Notes: generated from the letters alone by a model not told the origin. A stretch of DNA of 64,000 nt from Salpingoeca rosetta (GCA_033442325.1 JAWQFM010000029.1:338966-402965); one strand, 5' to 3'. Numbered from the stretch's first letter, positions 1 through 17,387 are shown. Numbers and translations: made by a program.

Positions 1-582
1 CGCGTCGATGGCGCCATCCGCGCGGGGGGCGGTTGGGTCGAGGTCGCGGCGGGCGGCGATGGCCGAGTCGGCGGTGGGGGCGAGCGGGTCGTGCTGCTCA
101 AAGTGATTCATCCTGAGACGACGGGGGGGGGTGTGATGGTGGGATGGAGCAGTGAGAACAGGGGCACGGGACAAGACAGGACAACAGAGTAACACAGTTC
201 ACATCACACAGCAAGCGAGTCACCTCGTACATTATCGCCGCCGCCGCCACCACCACCACCACCACCACCACCACCACCACCACCACCACAGACACCACAT
301 CACCGACATTACGTCACCACCACGTCACAGCACCTGATGAAGGTCTTGAGGTCGTCAACAGACTCCACAGCGCCGGCGTCGCGGCGGAAGATCTTGGCGC
401 GCGGTGCCAGCTGGTACGTGTAGTCGTCGCCGTGCGCACGTGCAGCGGCAGGATAGTTGGACACGTTGTAGATCTGAGAGGTTGGGAGGGGGAGGGGAAG
501 AAGGGGATGTGATGCGAGGGAAAGTTTGGGGGCAAAGGAGAGAGGTGTGGGTGACATCAAATCAAGATACATCAACCATGAC

Positions 583-644
<62 letters not shown>

Positions 645-1244
645 CAGACACACACACACACAGGCAGACAAAAGGCTGACCCATGGGTAGTAGGGGACGT
701 TGTAGCTTGGCCAGTAGCTGCGCTGCAGATCCATTGTCTTGTCCTCAAGCACATACGCACCAGGAATCTGATGCACACCAGAGATGCGGTGATGATGATG
801 ATGATGATGATGATGATGAGCCGAGGTGTAGGACGGCGAGGGAGGAACCCATGGCACACACACACACACACACACACGCACACACAACACGCACACGCAC
901 ACACACACGCACACACACACATATATACACACACATGCACACGCACACGCACACGCACACACACACACACCTGTTCGGAGACCCAGAAGATGCCGTGTGG
1001 GAGGGGCTGGCCCGGGACGAAGAGCTTGTAGTCGATTGTCATCCACTGGTTGTTGTACGTCCCGCTCTGGTACTGGTAGAAGCGCTCATGCCACTCCCGG
1101 CCCGTGTTGGTCATCCGCGTTGCAACAATCACGCGCACCCTGTTGTTGGCAGTGGTGATGGCGGCGGAAGCCATGTGAGTGCATTGGAGGAGGAGGAGGT
1201 GGTGGTGGTGGTGGTGGTGGTGGTTGATTCACACGGCAGCACAA

Positions 1245-1326
<82 letters not shown>

Positions 1327-2793
1327 CCACACACACACACACATACACACATACACACAACCACACACGCACACACACACACACACACACACATTATATG
1401 CTTACCAGTATGGAAGGGTGCTTGGGTTGACCATGTCATACAGGGTGTTGTTGAAGATGCCATTGGTTGTCTCCATAATCGCCATCTGAACAGAAGGCAG
1501 GGGGGAGGAGGAGGGTGCCATGAAGTGACGGGTGAGGATGAGGATGGCGGTGAGGTGTGGTTGTGACACTCGCAGGGGAATATACACCATGCAACAGCAA
1601 CGTATAGCGGTGCACACACACACACACATACACACACATACACACACACATACATACACACACACACACACACAAAACGCGGCACAACACAACCCACCCT
1701 CTCTGATGTGATGTAGTAGTCGTCGAGGGATTCCAGAAGGGCGGGGTAGCCCGAAAACATGACTGTACTCGTTTTGGTGCCTGCCGTGGTGGAATAGGGG
1801 AGATGGTACACCTGGTGGGCGCAAGATTGCAAGGGTGGTGTGAGGGCAGTGACAGAGTGACAGAGTGAGAAGGGGAAAGATACTGACACACACACGCACG
1901 CATGCACACACACACACATGCATACAACACACACACACATGCATATAACACACACACATGCATACAACACACACACACATGCATACAACACACACACACA
2001 CACACCAACACACACACATCACAACACAACACAACACATCACAACACAACACACACATCACAACACAACACACACTCACGCACACACACACACACACCAC
2101 AACACAAAATCATATGCATCCGTCACGAACCTTGAAGATGCGCAGCATTTGGGAGTAAGGGCACCAGGTGGTGTGTGTGAACATGAGATCGGATAAATCG
2201 TCCGTGACCTTCACCATGGCGCTGCAGTGCGTTGTGTCCGCCATAAAGTCCTTCAATTCCTGTTGTGTCATCGCCGTCACGTTGGGCCGCTTCCCCGGAT
2301 ACAACGCAAGCTCAATCGTCGGCAGATCAACCACTGCAGGGGCAAGAGGGGGGGAGGGGAGGGGAGAGTATAAGCGAGGGAGAGAAGGGAAATTGCGTGC
2401 ATGTGCATGTGTGCATGTGCATGTGTGTGTGTGTGTTGAAATCGTTCCGAAGCAAAGTGTATGAATAAATAGTCCGCTCAATCACACACACCACCACCAC
2501 CACCACCACATACAAAACACCATACACACACATCATGCACGTACGAAGGTTAAGGAGCAGCATGTCGGTGAAGGTGAGCTTCTTCTGCCCAGCTGCGTTG
2601 TAGCCTGCCACGAGCCCATTCAGCTGCTGATACACCAGCGCAACCTGGACAGGTACGATGACAAGCAGCAGATGGTTTGTGTGTGTATGAGTGTGTGAGT
2701 GTGTGTGTGTGAGTGAGAGTGGGAGAGAGAGAGTGTGTGTGTGTGTGTGTGCGTGTGTGTGTGTGTGTGAGAGAGTGGGAGAGAGAGAGAGAG

Positions 2794-2867
<74 letters not shown>

Positions 2868-3738
2868 GGAAAGGAAGCAGAGGCCGTTCGCATGCAAAAG
2901 CGAGTGATGTATATCATCAGCCCACTTTGAAAACATTCACACGCGTACAAACCTGTGTCCAGAACGGGTCCTGTGGGTTGTGCTTGATCTTGTCCATGGT
3001 CCAGTTGTAGTTCTGCTGCACAAAGGCCATGACCTGTCTCAAGCGATAGTGACACGCCACGTTGGGTGAGATACGAGCGACACTCGTTCTGCGCACTCAC
3101 ATAGGCAAACATGCATGTGCACACACGCACACGCACACGCACACACACACATGCACACACACACACACACACGCATGCACTACCTTTGGGTCATGCTCTG
3201 GCTCCAGGTTGAGGTACGTGTTGTAGATCATATCCGCTGTAACCAGACCTTCCACGTAGCCTGCAAAGTTGATGAATTCGGGGTAAGTTGAGTACGGAAC
3301 GAAGAAAGGTGTCACAAAGCACTCGGCCTCAGCAGCACCGCCAGCGATTAGCCAGCCAGACACATACACTCACTCACTCACTCACTCACTCACTCACTCA
3401 CTCACTCACTCACTCACTCACTCACCCACTCACTCACTCACGCGCGCACCGGCAGAGAAAGCGGCGAGGTTGTCGTTCTGGACGGAGGTGGATGGCTTTG
3501 TCTGGACGTGCAGCTTGGCAAACCCAGTCATGTTGTAGGCGGGAAGGTTGTGGCTCGCCAGTGCAGTCCACTCGCCACCGCTTGCAGACACGACGCGGCA
3601 GTCAAAGCCATCCTGTCCCTTGCGCGCACATGCCACCGCCGTCTTGGACGGAGACGCCGCCGCTTGGCCACTGCTGTAGCCAACCACAACAGCGAGCAGC
3701 AGCGCCACAGACAACACACAACAACGCACCAGCAGCAT
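1..3738 (-). CDS. Phospholipase B-like (PLBD/lama family) Ntn-hydrolase, secreted/lysosomal; 3' end lies beyond the window start
   Basis: GT-AG spliced exons approx. 3738-3450, 3260-3184, 3033-2953, 2644-2545, 2333-2131, 1811-1698, 1485-1406, 1139-971, 767-681, 473-334, 112-<1. Signal peptide [19 protein letters not shown]. Family motifs: AFSAGYVEG, HCSAMVK (Ntn nucleophile Cys), [65 protein letters not shown]. Confidence 0.93.
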
Positions 3739-4164
3739 CGTGTTTGGTTGGTGTTTGGTTCAAGGGCTTGTAGAAATATGGTGGTAAATATCAAACGATT
3801 ATCCGCAGAACGGCGCTGTTTGAGGTGAGGTCGTGCTTCCGCCATCATCAGACCTAGAGATCTTGCACCCTTCCACCCCCTCGGCTCTGCTCCCCTCCCA
3901 CCCGCCCACCAGCCCACCATTCTCCTATTCTGCTGTCCTCGTGTCTTGGTCAGTGTTTTATGCATAACCATGTGTTCATCGCCAAGTCGTCAAGCAAGCT
4001 TGTAACAGTCCAGACCCGTCAACACCTGCCAAAGCGAGCAGGCAAGAGGGCAAGCATCAATGATGATGAGGATGAAGATGAGTGCGAGCACTGTCTGCGT
4101 CGGAGTGGTTCACACGGCTCACAATTGAGCGCTCACTTCAGCAAAAGTACACTCCTCGCCACCA

Positions 4165-4198
<34 letters not shown>

Positions 4199-4201
<3 letters not shown>

Positions 4202-6214
4202 TGCAACACACACACTCGTCAAACCCACCTTGGAGTCTGTTTGAGAATACGTGCACTTTTGATCCACACGCGCTTGCAGCGACGCAAACACGCTTCTCGC
4301 TTTCTCAAACTCCGGTATCTGCATGAATGATATTGGTGTTGTGAGCGTGCAAGTGCGCGCGTTGTGCAAAAGGCGCTCTCGACATCCCCCCTTCCACACT
4401 CACGCCAAAGCACAAGAACAAAGCCAAAGGAAGGCAGCACGACGATCGCATTGGGCCACCTTGTCGATTGCTGCTCTGTTCATGGTCTGCGCAGCGCGGT
4501 AGAGTTCCATATCGCGAAGACAGCTCTGCTCCAGCAGTGCAAGGAGATCTGGCGGCAGCTGGTTCATCCTCGGCCGTCCCTCAACCACCTGCAAGCGTGC
4601 AATGCATCGTGTTGGCATCGGGGGTAGGGGGCAGGATTTGCGCGCAAAGGTCGCACAGGAGCACAGAAGAGTGCGTTGTGCCCTGCCATTCCCTTTGCAT
4701 TTCATCCTCCCATATGTGCAGTCCAGGCATGTGTAAGCGCACCCAAGCGTACTCCACAAAAGCAGCAGCAGCAATATCTCACCTTCTGTCGCTTGTAAGT
4801 GAGGTGCTGGAGCGGCACGCGCATGCGAAAGGCAAGCAGCACCAGCAGTTCATCCATCTTGTCTGTCACCCCAACGACCTACAAGAACGTGCATGTGAGT
4901 ATGTGTGTGATGTGTGAGTGATGTATGAGTGATGTGTGAGTGATGTGTGTGTGTGTGTGTGTTGTCACACAAGAGAGCCGCAAGCAAACCACTCAACTGT
5001 CGCAGACAACACCAAAGTACGACACGCAACATTACAAACCCAACAACAACTACACAAGCTGCGAGATGACGTTGTAATGTAACGCACGTCAATGTCCTTG
5101 AGTTCTTCCTTTGCATCCTCCACGTCCATGGTTCCTCGTGACAACACGCGCGTGTAGTGATCCTGTGCATGCAAGCACGACGCGAGCAGGCACATTGCAC
5201 TCCGCGTGTCTGTCTTGTGCAGCACAGTCATGCATTTGCATAACCACCGTCACACTCCCCACACTCCAACAATCCAACCACATCCACCACACCCACCACA
5301 CCCACCACACCCACCACATCCACCACATCCACCACATCCACCACACCCACCACACCCACCACATCCACCACACCCACCACACCCAACAACATGCACCTTC
5401 TCCTGCTCGTTGTCGTCGAGCCACTGCCTGAGCTCGCTGTGGCTCGGGATGGTGTTGGTGGAGTCGCCCTCCAGCACCTTGTCATAATAGTACCGCGACA
5501 TCAACCTGTGCATTGCATCGTCGTCGAGGATGGCGAGGCATGAGGTCGGTTACTACTTGCATGCATGCGTGCCTGCATGCGTGCGTGCTTGCACGCACCA
5601 AACACAACGGAGCGAAGAGCTACTCGCGAAGTAGTTCCACGAATACACACACACACAAGCACACACACACACGTGGAACACACACACACACACGTGGAAC
5701 ACACACACACTGACACACACACACACACTTGCAGCTGCACACACACACACACACACGCACGCACACACGCACGCACGCACACACACACGCACATGCACAC
5801 ACACATGCACACACCTGTCAATTGGATTACGCATGACGGTGACGGCAACGGCATGGCTGCCGACAAAGAAGCGAAGACCGTGCGCCCCGCCCACGCCCAT
5901 CACCAACTCCGTGTCGTGTGTCGTCCACACCTGAACCAAGGAGACCACGCAAAGAACAGCGTCAAACACATGCGTGTCAGCGCTCTCAGTAGTTGTGGTA
6001 GCGTCGACCCTATCAAAGGCAAGCGCATCGCATTGGCTCACTTGGCAAGGGAGACTGTCGAAGAAGGCCTCTGCGCGTCCACACAGCTTCTTTCCGCTGA
6101 GCTCAGCCAGTCGCTCCAACACCAGCGACACCGTCGTCGAGCCAACCTGAGACGCCAACGAGAAGAGATGGAAGGGCGGACAAGTTGGCACGCCGAGCAG
6201 AAGCACAAAGCTGC

Positions 6215-6273
<59 letters not shown>

Positions 6274-6899
6274 CGCACATACACATATTATCATACACAC
6301 ATTCAAACATACATGCACGCACACACGCACACACACACATATGCGTACATACACATACACACACACACCTTGTGGAACTTGAGGAAGGCGACGGGCAGCA
6401 TGGCGCTGCGCCAGTCCACCGGAGCAGTGAGGCGATCCACCTCCTCCATGCTCATCTGCAGACTCGTCTGCTGGTTCTCGGTTCGCGTGAATGATGATGA
6501 CGACGATGACGACGACGACGACGACGCAGAGGCGGCGGTGTCGCCTCGCTGGTCGTCTTCAGGAGACGTGCACACGCAGTCTGTGCATGCACGTAGCAGC
6601 CAACCAGATACACGCTGCTGTGCATCCGTTGTTCCGTGCTCGCAGGCACTGCCAACGCATGTCCACCCCGTCTCGCACACACAATGCGCGTTGTCGCTGC
6701 TCACTTTGGCACCGCGCGCCGCGCACTCCTGTGCCGTGAAGCTTTCAGCGTGGCGCCTTCTCCTACTGCTGTTACTGCTGCTACTGCTGCTTTCCGTCAC
6801 GGGGGCTGCCACAACAACCGATGCCGCCAACGCGCACACCAACACCACCACCAGCACCACCAACAAGCACACAGACACACCTTTCATCTTCTCCACCAT
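4199..6899 (-). CDS. Golgi-type sulfotransferase, galactose-3-O-sulfotransferase (GAL3ST)-like, with a Cys-rich stem module
   Basis: N-terminal hydrophobic anchor. 5'-PAPS-binding motif VAFLKFHK|VGSTT spans the intron at about 6369/6146. 3'-PB motif TVMRNPIDR|LMSRYYY. Later exons give [15 protein letters not shown] and DMELY. Last exon 4318-4199 ends in TAG. Confidence 0.82.
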
Positions 6900-7141
6900 T
6901 TTGGTTTTTTGCGTGTTGTGGCAGTTGCTTGTTGTGGCCAAGAAGCCGAGCACGCGCCTGGCGTGTTGACGTGTTTGGTTGTTTATTGCCGCACTCTCTT
7001 TCTCTCTTTCACTCGCTCACACATACACGTGCACAAACGCATGCACACGCACACGCATGCACACACACGCGCGCGCGCACACAAACCTAGTCCAAAGAAA
7101 AGCAAAGCAAGAAAGACGTGCGAGCGAGAACATGCCATATC

Positions 7142-7767
7142 TCAGACGTATTTAATGTGGGCCGAGTCCTTGTCGTACTGCTCCTCGGAACGCGTGTATG
7201 TCTTGACGTGCCACACGTACACCTTGGTGCAGTCGTCGGCAAGGGGCTCCAGGTCCTTCGTATCCAGCCCCGTCGCCTCCAAGAACGCTGCCTCCCCCGT
7301 CCCGCTCGCTGCGAGCGGCGTGAACAGCACCGGCTTATCGCGCAGGAAGAACTCAACTGACACGGCAAACGCGGCCATGTCAAAGGGGAACCGCTTTCGC
7401 GCCTCCGTCACCCACGACGCGAACCCCGTAATCTTTGGTGACAGGGAGCAGGGAGATGAGGGCGGAGTGATTGGGGAGTGGGTGAATGGTGAGGGCAGGG
7501 TGCAGTCAGTGAGAGTCAGTGAGAGTCAGTGAGAGTCAGTTAGAGTGAGTGGCTGGGAGAGGGTGAATGTTGAAGGTGGCAAGGTGGCAAGGAGGCAAGG
7601 AGGCGAAAAGGTTCAGACACAATCACGCACGCACATCACAACACACCGTTCCGTTTGTGACGAGCGGCGTCTCCACGCGTCGTGCGCCCGAGTACGCAAC
7701 CGGCCATACGCCAACCCGCTTCACCTGCAGAAACAAACAGCACGGTGGCAAGCAGGTAAGTGTGTCA

Positions 7768-7810
<43 letters not shown>

Positions 7811-9718
7811 TGTGTGCGTGTGTGTGTGTGTGTTTGTGTGTGTGTCAGGGTGTGTGTGTGTGTGTGTGTGTGTGTTTTTGAGAGAGTACAGGCCGATGGA
7901 TCGTAGTGGAAACTGACGTCAGCAAACGCAAGCATGCGCACGTAGACACATAACGCACACCTTTGCGATTTCGTCAAATAATCGCACGTCATATGCGTTG
8001 TCATCATCTGCCAGCAGAACCATCACAAACCGTGAGCAGCGAGCTGTCGTGTTCACAACGTCACAAGTAGGCGACAGCGGAACAAGATGCTCGGCAAACG
8101 GACACATAACCAGACACACACACACACACACACAGACACACACACACACAGACACACACACACACACACGCACACGCACAGACACACACACGCACACACA
8201 CACAGACACACAGACACACACACAGACACACACACCTGCAAAGTAGACTTTTGAGTTTGAGTTGACGTTCTTCATAGACCGGATGTACGATATGCCCAAG
8301 TTGCGTTGCGTGTTCGCCTTGAACTTGTCTGCAACGTGTGGTGACAGTGGGTCGAGCGGTGAATGAAGCATGCAACCCGTGTTACAGCCGACAGGCACGA
8401 GCCAAGAACAGGCACGAGACACGTGCGCATCCCCCACCTCCTCCTCACACACGTGCGCAACATGCGCGTATCGCTACTCACAGGGTGGATGTTCTTCTTT
8501 GATGTTGAGGTGGACGTAGGGCACTTCGCAGGAATCGAAGAAATGTGTCACAAGGTCTGTCTTTGTGTCTGAATCCTCCACCACAATCCACAACAGGTTG
8601 TGCTGCAAAAGCGCACACGCACGCACGCGCGGCTGTGAGCAGGCTAGCACAAATCATGGCACACGCGCAGATAAATGAAAGCAGCCGAGCACACGCACTC
8701 GCACATGCACATGCACACACACATAGTCATGATCAAACAGACACACACACACACACATAGCCATGATCAAACAAACACACAGACACGTTCACACACATGC
8801 ACAAGCAAACACACCTTTTGACTGGCGAGCTGAAGCGCCTGTTTCAACCGCGTAAGGTCCACCAGCTGCGACTTGCGCGTGTACGTTGGCGTAACCTGCA
8901 GCCAAATGAGTGGTGTTGAGCTGCAGGGGACAACGTCAAGTAAACACCCAAACACAGACGTAGGCACACGCACGAGCAAGCGTTTCAACGCACCACGAAA
9001 ATGCCTTCTTGGCTTGGGCTGAAGCTCCGTGCGCCCGCAGGTCGTCTCATGGATTCCCTGCATCGCGGTGTGCGCAAATGTGTATTTGTGGACATGTGTG
9101 AGCATGTGTGTGTGTGTGAGTGTGTGTGTGTGTGTGTGCGTGCGTGTGCGTGTGTGTGGACGAGCGTATGTGCACATATGTGTGTGTGTGCGTGTGTGGA
9201 CATGGGTCGGCAGATGATGGCACGCTGGTCCGAAGGGCTACACCACAGTTGTACATACTCACACACACACGTACACACTCACACACGCACACACACACGC
9301 ACAACGCACTCGCACACACGCACACACGCACTCACTGTCTCAATTTGGAAGATAGCTGCTCCACATCTGCCTGGTGCTGCTGTATCCTGACCACCAACTG
9401 CAACAGCACAAGCACAGGCAAGCACGCCGACAGTCAGACGACCCGAATTGCAGAGCCGCAACCAACTGTCAACAACAGCAAAACAATGACGACGACAAGT
9501 CACAAGAAAGCCGCTGCCCCCCCCCCTCCAAACCAACGAACCAACAACACCTCACGCCATCACTGACAAAGACAACGACCCGCAGGCTCTCCACTCTCTC
9601 TCCCTCTTCTCTCCCTCTTCCTTACGTTCTTGTGGTCGATGGCGACGAGGAAACACATCACCACTAGCACCAGCAGCAGCGCTGTGCGCGCATCCCGCAC
9701 CCAAGCGCCCTGCCTCAT
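7142..9718 (-). CDS. Glycosyltransferase family 43 (beta-1,3-glucuronosyltransferase, B3GAT-like)
   Basis: Type II TM exon ([27 protein letters not shown]). Spliced motifs IFV|[28 protein letters not shown]|DDDNAY (DxD), [35 protein letters not shown]. Confidence 0.93.
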
Positions 9719-10032
9719 CGTCTCTTTGTGGCAAACAAAGTTCGGAAATTTGGGTTGCAACATTGCAAATTATCGCTCATTGCCTCGTTACGTCCGCCTT
9801 GAAAGTTAAGACTGCTCCTACGTAGCTCGTTGTTGTTGGTGTGCAGTTGCGAAAAGACCGCATTTCGATCGCACTGTTGCCGCAACCCACACAAACAACA
9901 AGGCACCTGCTGTGCGTCGCACTTGTCGCTTGTGCCATAAAACCCACACAGCGCAAGTCAGACACGTCACCCAGCAAGAACAGCGAGAGCCAAGCAAGCA
10001 AGCAAGCCAGGAAGGACAACAGACAGGGAACG

Positions 10033-10799
10033 ATGATGAATGCTGCGAACAAGGCGTGCGGGTGCTTCTGCTTCACCCTCGTGTTCCACAATGGCACGGA
10101 CGACGCAACAAACGCGGCCATGGATGCAGCCATCCCACAGGTGAACGAAGCTGTGCTGTACAATGTGCGGTGTGACGCGCGGGGTATGTTGAGGTGTGAC
10201 GCCTAACATCTCATCGTTGTGTTGTTGTGGTGCACCTTGCGCAGTTGAAAGTGGACGCGGAGCTGGCGACTGCGGCCCTCGACCACGACGGTGACATCGA
10301 GTGGCTGGACTGGAAGATCGGGCAGCTCGATCGTAAGTTCCTTCCTGATTGGTGGTAACCCAGCTGCTTGCTCTCGCTTTGTCGGCTGTGAGGGAACTGG
10401 ATCCGTTTTGAAATCAAACCCACGGATCGCCGCGCGACTAACCTGATCATATGTATTCGCGTTGCTCAACTCCACTGGCAGGGAACAAGCGCATGGTGTG
10501 CGTGTATGGGTCGCTGAAATTTGAGCAGGAGAGCGTGGCTGGGCACGAGCTGGAGACGGCGCTGGAAGAAGCGCTTGCTGCCACGCCAGCGCGCCTGCCC
10601 GATCTCCGTCTGCAAGAAGTGGAGGTGGAGATGGTGGCCACGTTGCCGGTCCGCGTGCCACTGGAGAGCGTGTGCATCAACGACATCACCCACACGGCTG
10701 CCGCCTCCAACGTCTCCGACCTGCAGTCCCAGATTTCGCGCCTCGGCATTGCCGTGCTCAAGGACGCCCTCTCCACAGCCGTGCTCCAGCAGTGAGTTG

Positions 10800-10860
<61 letters not shown>

Positions 10861-10900
10861 GGAGGGGGGAGGGGAGGGGCGAGATATGGACATGGGCGTG

Positions 10901-10938
<38 letters not shown>

Positions 10939-12613
10939 GCAGTCTGGAGCTTCAACAGGCTGTTTCATCGCATCTACAGCATTCACACTCGCGTATGCAC
11001 ACGATCTTCCTGCTATGTAGGGCAAAGGAGGAGGCCGACAAGGCAATCGAGCGGGCTGACAAGGCGCTGAAGGCGCGTGGCATCGACATTGGACACGAGG
11101 ACTTCCGCTTCAAGGAAATCTCTTCCCGCCAAAGTGAGAGAAGCGACGTGGAACAGAAGAGAAGGGACAGGGACAGGGGAACGAGTGTATTGCGAGTTGG
11201 TGTGTGAGCTGTGTAAGCAGCTGTGTGTGCTGTGTGTGTGTGTTGTGTGCTGTGTGTGTGCTGTGTGAGCAGTTGTTGCACACGGGCAGCACCGTCACGA
11301 CTTTGGCCATCGGGTGAAGTTGGGAGGTACCTGCAATTGCCCACGATATCGTGCCTTGTCTCCTCACACATCACCACCGCCACGTTCCCTTCGTCATGCT
11401 GTACATATGTGTTTGTCTGTGTGTCTGTGTCTGTGTGTGTGTTGTTTTGTTCCCCTCCTGCAGAGCAGCGGTTTGATCTTCTGTTGGATATGGACGAGTG
11501 CGTTGGCGTGAATGCGTTGGGTACACTGGGTCCCTGGCGACAGCTCGTTGAGGCCATACTGGGGAAAGACGTCGTGTTCCAGGTGATGGCAGCAGCTGAT
11601 GATGCGATGTGCTGATGGCGAAATGGCGGTGCTCAACCTGGTGATGGTGGTACTGGTGCTGGTGCTTCTGGTGGTGCTGGTATGCTGGTGGAACGCACAC
11701 ACTGGTAGCTTGACGTCCTTCACTCACCCACAAGACTGTGCTGCCATCCTTAACACATCCTTATTCACCATCACCCTCCCCCCCCCCATGGTACAACCTG
11801 CGTCAGACCTCTGTTGTGTATTCGCGGCCCGGCGCTGAGGAACAGACGTGGCATGCGGACGGCCCACACGTTGGCAGGACGGCCGACTGGACAGGCTGGT
11901 GAGTCGCCCGTGGTTGTGCTGTGGTTGAGTCTGTAGTCGTGTTGTGGTTGGTAGTTGTCATTGTATTGGTGTGGTTGGTAGTTGTCATTGTATTGGTGTG
12001 GTTGGTTGATGGTTGCGTGTGGTGTTTGGGGACGGTGATGGTGGTCGTCATCGTGGCTGTGGTGGTGTAACCTGGGCAAGCGCTGCCGTGGCGTTGGAGT
12101 CGTGTGTGGAGCTCGTCACAACCTCACTGTCACACACACACACACACACACACACCGCCCTTGCCTTCTGTTACAGCGGGCACGAGGCGCCGTACGCGCT
12201 GTGTGTGTTTGTACCGCTGGTGCAGTTCTCTCCAGAGCTCGGCTTTACGCAATTCTGGCCCGGATCACACAAGTACGACGGCCTCCTTGGTAGGTAGACA
12301 TGTGTGTGTGTGTGTGTGTGTCTTCTTTCTGCGTGTGTGCTATGTATGCAGCACAAGTTCTGCGCCAGTAGCACAAGTCACAGTCAACTCCGCTCACCAA
12401 ACCAACGGCATCCAACCAACACTTCACACTCACTGATGCTCACACACACAACACATCACACACGCCTTCCTACCATAACCACCACCACCACCACCACCAC
12501 CACCAGGGTTTGGCCCCGTGTGTCCGCTGATTGAGTGTGCAGTGGACGGGCTGGTTGACCTCGGCGCTGCACTCGTCTACGACTACAGACTCATCCACAG
12601 AGGTGTGTGTGTG

Positions 12614-12654
<41 letters not shown>

Positions 12655-12895
12655 GTGCTGAAATGGCTACAAGCTATCGCCAGTGCATAAGCAAGGAACT
12701 TGACCCTGCCTCACATATCCCCCCCCTTCACCAACGCTAACACCCACACCAACATCCAACACCTCACGCTACCACGCAGGCATGCCCAACACCTCTGAGA
12801 GCAGCGAGCGGCCCATGCTGCAGTTTCTGTATCACCGCCCCACGTACAAGGAGGCGCGAAACTACGGCACACAGTCCCTCTTTGCAGCTGCATAG
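10033..12895 (+). CDS. PhyH-family (phytanoyl-CoA dioxygenase-like) Fe(II)/2-oxoglutarate dioxygenase
   Basis: Spliced exons give [17 protein letters not shown] (HxD), [25 protein letters not shown]|MPN (distal His) and ERPMLQFLY (2OG-binding Arg). Stop TAG at 12893-12895. Start is uncertain (ATG 10033 or 10120). Confidence 0.85.
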
Positions 12896-12950
12896 TACTG
12901 CCTCGATAAAGAGGGATGAGTGGTGTGCTTTGTGTGTGTGTGTGTGTGTT

Positions 12951-13004
<54 letters not shown>

Positions 13005-13482
13005 CATGTGTTTCATGTGTGTTTCGTGTGTGTGTGTGTGTGTGTGTTCGTGAGTTTCGTGTGTGTGTGTGTGTGTGACTGAGTGGATGAGTGTGTGTGT
13101 TATATGTGTGTATACGTGGATTTGCTTCCAAAACTCGCGTTTCCACACTTTGCCTGAATCTGTCAACTTCATCACCAACGTGTTGCCATTGCCATGCGTC
13201 CTGTAGAGTTCGTTTATTACTGTGTAGTCGTGTCGCTTGAGGGGCAGCACGCTGCCTGCAGCTTTGTTGCCAACACCGTTACCCGTCATCAACAACGACC
13301 GTAAATGCACACAAGGGAGACTGCGATGCACAAACAAGTCCTAACCTAGACAACTGAGCGGAAAGAAGGAGAAGAGGAGAACAAGGGACAAGATGGAAGA
13401 AAGATGCAATGCACTGACACACACACACACATGCACACACACACATGCACATGCACACACACACACGCATGTACACATGCCA

Positions 13483-16785
<3,303 letters not shown>

Positions 16786-17190
16786 CGTTGTTGTCCGTTG
16801 TTGTCCACATCAAAAGTCGATGTCAGCAGTGTGCTCATGGACGATGATGACTTTTATGGTGACCGCTGAGTGTCGTGCTTGTGTGTTGACTTGCTTGCTG
16901 TGTTTAATTGAATCGTTGAGGGCGGTTTGCCATGCCATCACGCCACCGTGTAAGCAGTCGAGTCCCACACTGCTACTCTCTCACACCCTCAAGAAATAGC
17001 CACCCATACGCCCCTCACCCGCTTCGGTTCATAATCACTCATCACCACTGCACCACCCACCAGCCCCCTCTTCCTCTCTTCCTTTCTTTCTCTCTTCCTC
17101 TCCGTAGCATCCTTCCTACCTCGCTGCACATCACTTCAACACTCCCTCATTCCCCTGATCCCCCACCCGCATCATCTCTGCTGCTCCCGC

Positions 17191-17387
17191 TCATGCCGAG
17201 TCGAGCGCGGCAGTGAGTTTCTTCCGCACGCCAGACGGCAGGCCAAGTTTCTTCAGTGGTGGAGAGGGCAGTGAAAGGTGGGTAGGTGGGAAGGTGGGGG
17301 GGGGTTGTGAGTGAGGGCGTGAGGACAGGAAAACGTGAGGATGAGAGGGTGTGAAAGGGTGCCGATATGAGGGTGCGAGATGAACAC

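Noticed and set aside
5270-5390. (GGC)n Cys-Gly 'metallothionein-like' or HPP-repeat peptide
   Set aside because: It lies after the GT donor following DDNEQEK in the sulfotransferase gene, so it is an intronic 9-bp tandem repeat.
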